A program made the translations under genes and the position numbers. Below, piece by piece: positions 55,596-64,000 of a stretch of 64,000 nt of DNA (positions are counted from its first letter, which is position 1; each line of letters begins with the position of its first letter). The notes under the pieces are model-generated. The model ran no database searches and was not told the DNA's origin. It saw only the letters and a program-made list of their open reading frames with translations. Source of the DNA: Eledone cirrhosa (taxonomy: Eukaryota); NCBI GenBank assembly GCA_964016885.1, contig OZ024742.1:337652001-337716000 (forward strand), written 5' to 3'.

Positions 55596-56382
55596 AAAAC
55601 GTGGGCGTGATGATGTCACAATGTAAAGCATTCAATCCATTGCATTGGGTGGTAGTTGTGGTACTCAGCATGATGTGGTTGGCATTAAGAAGGGCATCCA
55701 GCCACAGATACCATACCAAAATGGAATGTATTGTCAAGACACACTCATCTGACTTATCTAACCTCAGAACGTGACAACCCATCTAACCCATGAAAGCATG
55801 GAAAATAGTTGTAAAATGAATGATGTTCATCTGAAATCAGTTCAGTCAACTTATATTCTATGACCACTAATAAAATATTTGAAACTACTAATAAGGATAT
55901 ATATATATATGTCTTCAAAGAGCAATTGGAGAAGAGTTGTTGTTTGTCTTTTCCTTACATTTAAATTAAATTAAATCTGCCAGCCAAACAACTATTTGAA
56001 GACCTACACATAGATCCTCTCTTGATAATGAGTTTTTAAACCCGAAAATATTTGAGATAATTAAATTTGCTAAGATAAAATTTTATCGGCCTCATTCTTT
56101 CCTCTATAACACCTATTACGTTGGCACTTTTAATCTTCCTTTAGAGTCCAATACCCTGATCACTAGCCCAGGCATCTTGAGAGAGAGAGAGAGAAAGAGA
56201 GAAAGAGAGAGAGAGAGAGACCGTGTGCGTGTGTGTGTGTGTGTGTGCAAACATATAAGCCAGAAATTGCTCTGTATGAGCAAGATATGGTCATCTAACT
56301 GGATTTTTCTCACAATGGGACAACTCATCTAACCCATGTTAACGTAGAAAAATGGTCGTTAAACAATGATCATAAATGCACT

Positions 56383-56419
<37 letters not shown>

Positions 56420-56421
56420 CT

Positions 56422-59400
56422 ATCATCATCATCAAGGTTTAGCGTCCGTGTTCCACGCTTGCATGGGTTTGGGCGGGGGTTTTCCCACTTGAGGCAAGAG
56501 TGGTTGTCTTGCTCGCATAGGACTGTCTGGCGGGTTTGCTACAGCTGGATGCCCTTCCTAACACCAACCACATTTACAGTGTGGGTCTGGGAGGTTTTTA
56601 CCGTGTTGCCTACACGGCCACATTACAGCGTGGACTGTCTGGCGGGTTTGCTACAGCTGGATGCCCTTCCTAACACCAACCACATTTACAGTGTGGGGCT
56701 GGGAGGTTTTTACCGTGTTGCCTACACGGCCACATTTACAGCGTGGACTGTGTTTTTTTTTGACGCGACACCTACACGATCTCATTTGTTTCGGCCTGGA
56801 TGTTGTGGCACCAACATAACTTTACATTGAAAGGGGCGGTGTGGATGGGGTGGGACGGGGGTGTGTTTTGATAGAGATGCCTACTGACTGTAGTAGGTTT
56901 TACTTTGTATTTAGGTAAGGCGGGTCTTCTCTATTACTGAGTACCGCCAAAGGTCTCGGTCCAGTGACATTGTCTTGGAGAGGTGTAATCGTGTGAGGTC
57001 GGAATTTATCATGTCGTCCCAGGTTTTTCTGGGTCTGCCTACTCCGTGGCTACCGTCTATCTTTATTGCCCTGCACTTTGTTATACAGCTGTCGTCTTTC
57101 ATGCGCATCACGTGACCATACCAACGTAGCCTTCTCTCGAGTAAACAACATCTGATCCCTCTTATTTCTAATTTTTTCCTTAGTTCGTTTATGCTTAGCC
57201 GTTCACGTATATTACTATTGCACATCCAGCGGAGCATGCAAGCTTCGTTCCTCTCTAGTCTGCGTATATCCTCTGCACACAATGCCCAGGTCTCACTGCC
57301 ATGCAGCATTGCTGGTCGTATGCAGGCATCATATAACCTGCCTTTCATTTTTAGGGAGAACCCTTTAGGGGCTAATAGTGGTATAAGCTCTCTGAACTTT
57401 TTCCATCCAGTTCTGACTCTAGCTACTGTACTTTCAGAGCACCCTCCCCCACTGCTGATTTTGTCACCCAGGTAACGGAAGCTGTCCACTATTTCTATAG
57501 AACCCTCTGCGCAATTGAAAGAGCTAGCATTTTGTGGGCACTTGCTGCTACTTATTGCACCAGAGCACCGGCCACATGTAAAACCTGTGATCCCACTACA
57601 TCTTTTATGCACCCATACTTTGCATTTGGGACATAAAATGGAGTTTCTACCTACGCCTTTCCTACACACTGAGCATGGCCATTTCCCGGAAGGGACCGCC
57701 GCCTTATTTTCTTTCCTACAAACTAGAACTTTAGTCTTAGCCAGGTTAATTTTAAGGCCTTTTGATTCTAGGCCGTGCTTCCATGTTTGGAATTTCTTCT
57801 CTAGTTCGGTCATTGATTCAGCTATGAGCGTTAGATCATCTGCGTATAGGAGTTCCCATGGGCAGCCGGTCTTGAACTCCTCTGTTATAGCCTGAAGGGC
57901 AATAATAAATAGTAGGGGGCTAAGAACAGAGCCCTGATGAACACCAACTTTTACGCTAAACTCTTCACTATATTCGTTGTTAATTCTAACCTTACTGACT
58001 GTTTCTTTATACATGGCTTGTATAACTCTCACAAGCCATTCGTCAACACCTAGTTTTCTAAGAGCCCACCAGATAATGGAGCGGGGGACGCTGTCGAAGG
58101 CTTTCTCCAAGTCAACAAAAGCTAAGTATAGGGGTTTACTTTTAGCTAGGTACTTCTCCTGTAGTTGTCGTACAATGAAAAGAGCGTCTGTGGTACTTTT
58201 GCTTGACACAAACCCGAACTGCATTTCATCTAGATCAATTCTCTCTCTGATTAGTTGCGCTATTACTTTTTCCGTGACCTTCATGACCTGGTCGATTAAT
58301 TTAATGCCTCTATAGTTACACCTATCTAGGGCATCTCCTTTACCCTTGTAACAGTTAATGATGATGCTGCTATGCCAGTCCTTCGGAACAACCCCATTCT
58401 GTATGACTTGGTTTACTATCTGGGTGACCATGGTGTGTCCCACCGTTCCAGAGGCTTTCAGCATCTCAGCAACTATTTCCGAAGGCCCAGCCGCCTTACC
58501 CGTCTTCATATCTTTGATTGCCTTACTTATTATACTACCTTCGACTAACACTTCTGGTCCCTCTATTGGGTCGATGTGGGGGAGACTGTCTTTCTCCCAT
58601 TTGTTCTCCTCATTTAGAAGCCTTTCGTAGTGACACTTCCAAGCTACCTTCTTATCAGCGTCAGTGATGGCAAGTATGCCATCATCATTAAGTACACACT
58701 TCTCCCCGACAATATCACGGTTTTCCTTGACACATTGCCTAGCAATCCTGAACACCTCACGTTTTTGGTCCTCACGTTGTAGAACATGCTTGAACTTTCT
58801 TTCCTCTGCTTCCCTGCTTGCGAAGTACACTTGTCTCCTAGCTTCCCTCCTGACCACTTGATAGTCTTCTCTACTTCCCCCATCCCGCCATACTTTCCAA
58901 GCCTGCTTTTTGGCCTTAATTGACTCCTCCACCTTACTGTTCCACCACCATGTTACTCTCCTCCTACCTACAGGCCTGCCCCAGCCACAGACTTCGTCTG
59001 CCGCCGTCAGCAGGTTTGCTTTCAGGAATTCCCACTGTTCCTCTATATTATACGACTCTAATTGCTCTTCCTTACTGTCGAAAGCATCAAGTAATATGCT
59101 TTGAAATTTATTTCTGGCTATGGGGTCCTTTAGCTTCCATATTTTTCTCCTAAGGATAGTCCTCTTCTGCTGTCTAGTACGTCTCGTCCTGACTATGAGG
59201 TCGCTAATTATCAGTCTATGTTGGGAGGTGCATTCTTCATGGGGGAGGGATTTAGTGTTAACAACAGACACACTGTCACGTCTTCTGGTAAGGATATAAT
59301 CTACCTGGCTTGTGTGTTCCCCCGATCTATATGTGATCAAGTGATTGTCTCGTTTTTTGAAGTTAGTGTTACAGATAGTTAGGTTATTTGCGTCACAGAA

Positions 59401-61050
59401 TTCCAGGATTCTGGAGCCTACCTCATTTCTAGTACCGAACCCATAGCCTCCATGGATTCCGTCATAGCCGTCACAATGTTGTCCAACGTGACCATTTAGG
59501 TCGCCTGCAATAATTATATAGTCACTGTCGGTTATTTGGGAGGTAGCGAGCATCAGTGTCTCATAGAATCTGTCTTTTATAGCGCCGGGCAGTCCGGATT
59601 GGGGTGCGTACGCAGATATTACTGTCACCGTAGTTTTATTGAGGACAAGTCTTATTTTAATTATTCTGTCGTTCACTCTATTTACGTCTATTATCTTATC
59701 TGCCCACTTTTCTGCTACCATGATTCCTACTCCACCCAGCCCATTGTCATTTCCCACCCAGAAAAGCTTATAGCATCGTTCTTTACCCACGATGAATCTA
59801 GCAGACCCTCCCCTCCACCTGGTCTCTTGAATACAACAAACATCGACCTCCTTACGTTCAAGCATTTCTACAACCTCGTTAGAGCGGCCCTTTAAGGTGC
59901 CTACATTCATGGTACCAACTCTGAAATTTTGGATTGCGTTTGGAGGGTGGGAGCGGTGGGGCGGGGAGATGGGTTATGTTAGCCATCCTCGGCCGAAACA
60001 AGGAGTGCTTGCATTCTCGTCCACGAGGTGAATTTGTCTTTATCTTTGGCATTGTCGCTGAGCGTCCAGATTTTTCTCTCTTCAACTCTCCAGAATTCCG
60101 TAGTCCATCCATCATATCGAAAAGCAACCAGTTAAGCGATAGTATGGGCCTCTGACTTATGATTGGTCCACGTAATAATGGTGGTGCGTGGGGGCGGGTT
60201 ATGATTGGTCCACGTAATAATGGTGGTGCGTGGGGGCGGGTGGGAGGGATGATGGGTTGTTAGCGAGAATGTAAGGTTTAAGATAAGATCGCCGTATTTT
60301 GGGCATAATTTAACAATAAACGAAAATACAAGATTTGTTTTGTTTAAGAAAATACGATAGAGAAAATGCGATGATAGAGAAAATACGATTTTAGAGAAAA
60401 AATATGATATAGAATGGTGAAAATATGATATAGAATGGTGAATGAATGAATGACTAATGGATTTGAATGGAGAGAAGAATCGAGAAAAATATTTGAACGT
60501 TACTTTATACCGAGGGAACAGCCATACCAGAATAGCGAGTTGGCGATTCTGATTAATTTTGGTAGGGTTTATCTTATATGTATAGGGGGGGGGGGGGGGG
60601 GGGGCAGGAACCAGCATGGTGTATGGGGGGGGGGGGGGGGGGGTAGAAGATGGGATGGACCAGAGAGGTTAAGAGTTTAAATAAGCACTCGAAGTTTTGC
60701 GTAAAACTTAGCAAGTTTAACAAAATATATTTAAAAGAATATATAAGAGTGATTTGTTTTATGAAAATACGACAGAATTAAGAGAATGTAAGGTTTAAGA
60801 TAAGATCCCCGTATTTTGGGCATAATTTAACAATAAACGAAAATACAAGATTTGTTTTGTTTAAGAAAATACGATAGAGAAAATGCGATGATAGAGAAAA
60901 TACGATTTTAGAGAAAAAATATGATATAGAATGGTGAATGAATGAATGACTAATGGATTAGAATGGAGAGAAGAATCGAGAAAAATATTTGAACGTTACT
61001 TTATACCGAGGAAACAGCCATACCAGAATAGCGAGTAAAAACAAAGAAAC
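56422..61050 (-). mobile_element. Full-length RTE-clade LINE
   Basis: About 1.1-kb 5' region, intact ORF, ~490-nt 3'UTR ending in (TGA)n, embedded in (TA)n. The 5' boundary is approximate. Confidence 0.9.
56911..59910 (-). CDS. RTE LINE APE endonuclease-reverse transcriptase, 999 aa, uninterrupted
   Basis: NVGTL, IQETRW, SAYAPQ, GDLNGH, VDY, SQHR (APE); NYRGIKL, QFGF, FVDLEKAFD, GVHQGSVLSP, LYADD (RT); Cys-rich finger; RLRWYGHV..GRPRKTW. Confidence 0.95.
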   Translation of the reverse strand: MNVGTLKGRSNEVVEMLERKEVDVCCIQETRWRGGSARFIVGKERCYKLFWVGNDNGLGGVGIMVAEKWADKIIDVNRVNDRIIKIRLVLNKTTVTVISAYAPQSGLPGAIKDRFYETLMLATSQITDSDYIIIAGDLNGHVGQHCDGYDGIHGGYGFGTRNEVGSRILEFCDANNLTICNTNFKKRDNHLITYRSGEHTSQVDYILTRRRDSVSVVNTKSLPHEECTSQHRLIISDLIVRTRRTRQQKRTILRRKIWKLKDPIARNKFQSILLDAFDSKEEQLESYNIEEQWEFLKANLLTAADEVCGWGRPVGRRRVTWWWNSKVEESIKAKKQAWKVWRDGGSREDYQVVRREARRQVYFASREAEERKFKHVLQREDQKREVFRIARQCVKENRDIVGEKCVLNDDGILAITDADKKVAWKCHYERLLNEENKWEKDSLPHIDPIEGPEVLVEGSIISKAIKDMKTGKAAGPSEIVAEMLKASGTVGHTMVTQIVNQVIQNGVVPKDWHSSIIINCYKGKGDALDRCNYRGIKLIDQVMKVTEKVIAQLIRERIDLDEMQFGFVSSKSTTDALFIVRQLQEKYLAKSKPLYLAFVDLEKAFDSVPRSIIWWALRKLGVDEWLVRVIQAMYKETVSKVRINNEYSEEFSVKVGVHQGSVLSPLLFIIALQAITEEFKTGCPWELLYADDLTLIAESMTELEKKFQTWKHGLESKGLKINLAKTKVLVCRKENKAAVPSGKWPCSVCRKGVGRNSILCPKCKVWVHKRCSGITGFTCGRCSGAISSSKCPQNASSFNCAEGSIEIVDSFRYLGDKISSGGGCSESTVARVRTGWKKFRELIPLLAPKGFSLKMKGRLYDACIRPAMLHGSETWALCAEDIRRLERNEACMLRWMCNSNIRERLSINELRKKLEIRGIRCCLLERRLRWYGHVMRMKDDSCITKCRAIKIDGSHGVGRPRKTWDDMINSDLTRLHLSKTMSLDRDLWRYSVIEKTRLT

Positions 61051-63171
61051 AATACCTGTTGATTTATCTACATATATATATATATATATATATATATAGT
61101 AGTAGTAGTTCCACAACAGTTAGTTCACCATTACCGAGAACAATTGTTTCACCTTATTCGGATCATCAGCTCGATTTAAATGAGGTTGTACGGAAAAAAA
61201 CTAAAGCAATTGTTCTTGGTAATGGTGAACTAACTGTTGCGGAACTACTTTTACCAAACTCGTCCCATGGACTGAGTGCACTACTACTACGGGTATAACC
61301 CATCAGTGTTCTACTATTATATATATATATATAACAAATACAACTATCACATATATGTTGTTATCGCATTAGTAAAATGTTTGCTGTCTTTTATATATCT
61401 ATAAATTGACAATCTAACATTAAAAATCTTTCTCTCTCTCTCTCTCTCTCATACACACACACACATAATTTTACACACTTTTCTATGCCAGCGTGAGTTA
61501 AATGGTTCGTCGCAGTCAGACGTGTGTGTATTTATTGAGTGAGCACTCAGCACATGTGAGCAAAATGTATTTGCATGTAAATAAATGCAATAGTCCTGTT
61601 AAAATGAAGGTATGCAGTAGTAAAAAGCACAGCTGAAAGAAAGCATTAATTGAAGTAGGCAAGAAGCAAGCAAAATGTCTTGTGAGACTCAAGAGAAACA
61701 CAAGCTTTCTTAGAGAAACTAGAAAAAAGAAAAAAGAAAAAATGAAAAGAAAAGTTTCATGCATAAAAATGTGTGTAGTGTAATGACCAACAAGTGGTGA
61801 AAGAGCTTTATATTAATAGAACTGTATAGTTGATAATAACGATAGACAACATTATACAGGTTACCAAATGGTTTAATACTGGAACATAATTTTATTTGAT
61901 ATAATAGAGCTCTACATGATCATATCATCATCGTTTAACGTCCATTTTCCACGCTAGCATGGGTTTGGACATATATTTGGTATTCCTGAGGTCTTACAAA
62001 TAGCCGATAATGTTGTGTAATATCGTTATTATGTAAATGTGTATTATATATATATATATCAAAGCAGAACTACAATAGTATCAACATGTCAATAAGAAAG
62101 AAACCTTGTGATTAACAGCCCAAAATAGTAAAATGTCTATATCAGATAAAAGTGAACTATTTGATTCTTTGAAGACTGGTAAAATAAAAATAAAAGTAAA
62201 CAGCCATTGCTCCTAGAAGCCAAGCAAAAGAAATGTATTTTACAACTATACACACACACATTTTGAAAGTACGGCTGAAAAGTTTGTCAAGTAAGATACT
62301 CCGAGAATTGATTTCATAGATGGGATGACAGAATTGTTAGAGATTAAGGCAATGAAGAAACAAGACATTAAAACATCAATGATCTATGTATATGTGGATA
62401 GGAAGTGGGCAGCATTTATTCCAGGTGTATTTTATTAAGTCCCTTGATACCAAATCACCCCTGGTTCTATGATACAAGACTGTATATTTTAAAATATATT
62501 TATCTAAAAACCTTCTATTGTAATTTTACCAAAGAGCCTTTGGTAAGACTAGTTGGATCAACCCTTTTGTTAGCATATTACTAATTAAAGACTGCTTTTA
62601 TTTTTCAAATGATTTCGAAAATAATCAAGTATTGAGGGATTTAGTAATATAACTAACTTTGTCATTATTAAGTTGGTGTGTGGAACATAGCTTAAAAGTT
62701 CCTATATAAAATTATGACAAAAGGTTTTTAGATAAATATAAACACTTTAACCCCTTTGTTACATTATTTTTAGTGAAAGACACTGACTATGGATCAATCA
62801 ATGGAAGATGGAGAAAGGCTAATATTGATATCACAATACACTTCAAAATACAAAAACAACAACAACAAATAGATAATACAATTCCCTTTCCATTGAAAAC
62901 TAACCAATCCTTCTACTCCTGACAAAAGCCAATAGGAACACAGAATATATATAAAATCCAAGTCAGTCTGAGGTTGAATGTATTGATGATAAGGTCATAA
63001 TCCTCACCCTCATCTTATGCCCACTCTCCATGCTGGCATGGGTTGGACAGCCAGTATAGCCAGAGTCAGCTCCAATTTCGAGTTTCTGCCCTTCATTTTT
63101 CTTTCTTTCTGCAAGTTATTAACAACTTTATGCTCTTTCTAACACCAACAATTGAAATACACCCAGTTTAC

Positions 63172-63216
63172 CTGGTGTATTTCATTGAGACACCAACATT
63201 AGAGAGGTTAGCCAGT
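63172..63216 (-). CDS. Candidate internal exon of the minus-strand gene
   Basis: TGTTGTTACAG|ACTGG...CCAG|GTAAAC, 45 nt, phase 2-2, LANLSNVGVSMKYT. No homology recognised. Confidence 0.4.
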
Positions 63217-63498
63217 CTGTAACAACACTAAAGAGTTCTCTTTATGTTGTGTGTTTGATTGACATTCCCCACTCACAATAACAAAAAACAAGCAAACAAA
63301 AACCAGCATATATCTACATCTTGATGACAAAAGTCTATGACAAAAGCGAAAACAAAATATGCAAACACAGAATAAAGTTTTATGAAATAAAGAGTTATTA
63401 AACATACACATAGACATGGGTGTATATAAACTGCTGCATGCTGACATCAAAGTTGTGAACTGTACAACAATCCTTGTTATGTTTGTAGGGAAAAACAC

Positions 63499-63535
<37 letters not shown>

Positions 63536-64000
63536 GCACACACAACCAATCCACTAATTACTAAGTCCACTACTTATTAAATTCAGCTGTGATTAGCTTG
63601 ACAACAGAAAACAATGAGTCAATATGGAAGTGAGATCCCAAGAGTTGTAACAATTTAAACATTAACCATTTCCTTACCATATTTCTAATAAAACACACTG
63701 CCTATGGTTTTCAAATATTTTGAAAATAATCAAGAATTTAGAGGGATTTAGTAATATAACTTTCTCATTATTAAGTTGGTGTTTGTAACACAAAATTATG
63801 ATAGATGGTTTTTTTAAAGATAAAAAGTATCATAGAACTAGGTGCAGTTTCAGAGTAAAATAATAAAACCATTTACACAAAGCAACAATGATGAAAAGGT
63901 GAGTAAAAATAAAAATATCCAATTTAGAGAACCACCACCTTATTGGTAAACACCTCTGTCCCAAAGTTGTGGAGATGAGAATATTCAATTTATAAAGAAG

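Noticed and set aside
57191-59895. Several plus-strand ORFs
   Set aside because: Antisense shadows of the RTE ORF.

Overview
Eukaryotic, AT-rich, repeat-dominated animal DNA. The (TA)n/(TACA)n arrays, RTE-tailed SINEs and tRNA-derived SINEs suggest an octopod cephalopod (inference). Host genes: (i) first coding exon of a TRIC/TMEM38 cation channel (minus, 14820-14949); (ii) a complete 4-coding-exon Tctex-1-type dynein light chain gene (plus, 32410-40135, 167 aa), assembled by hand from splice sites; (iii) 3' exons of an unidentified minus-strand gene with an acidic C-terminus. Mobile elements: a frameshifted CR1-group LINE, a 4.25-kb hAT transposon with TIRs and an 8-bp TSD that carries a deleted Buster-type fragment, two non-autonomous LTR elements with a tRNA-Trp PBS, CRE-type RLE fragments, MITEs, SINEs, and a full-length RTE LINE with an intact 999-aa ORF. 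The most striking signal is a set of Penelope-like inserts in (TA)n tracts. They share one design: an inverted repeat, a one-sided ~65-90 nt tail, and hammerhead ribozyme motifs. They range from GIY-YIG-containing 2.4-kb copies down to ~150-nt hairpins. All identifications come from motif recognition and manual alignment; no database search was run.
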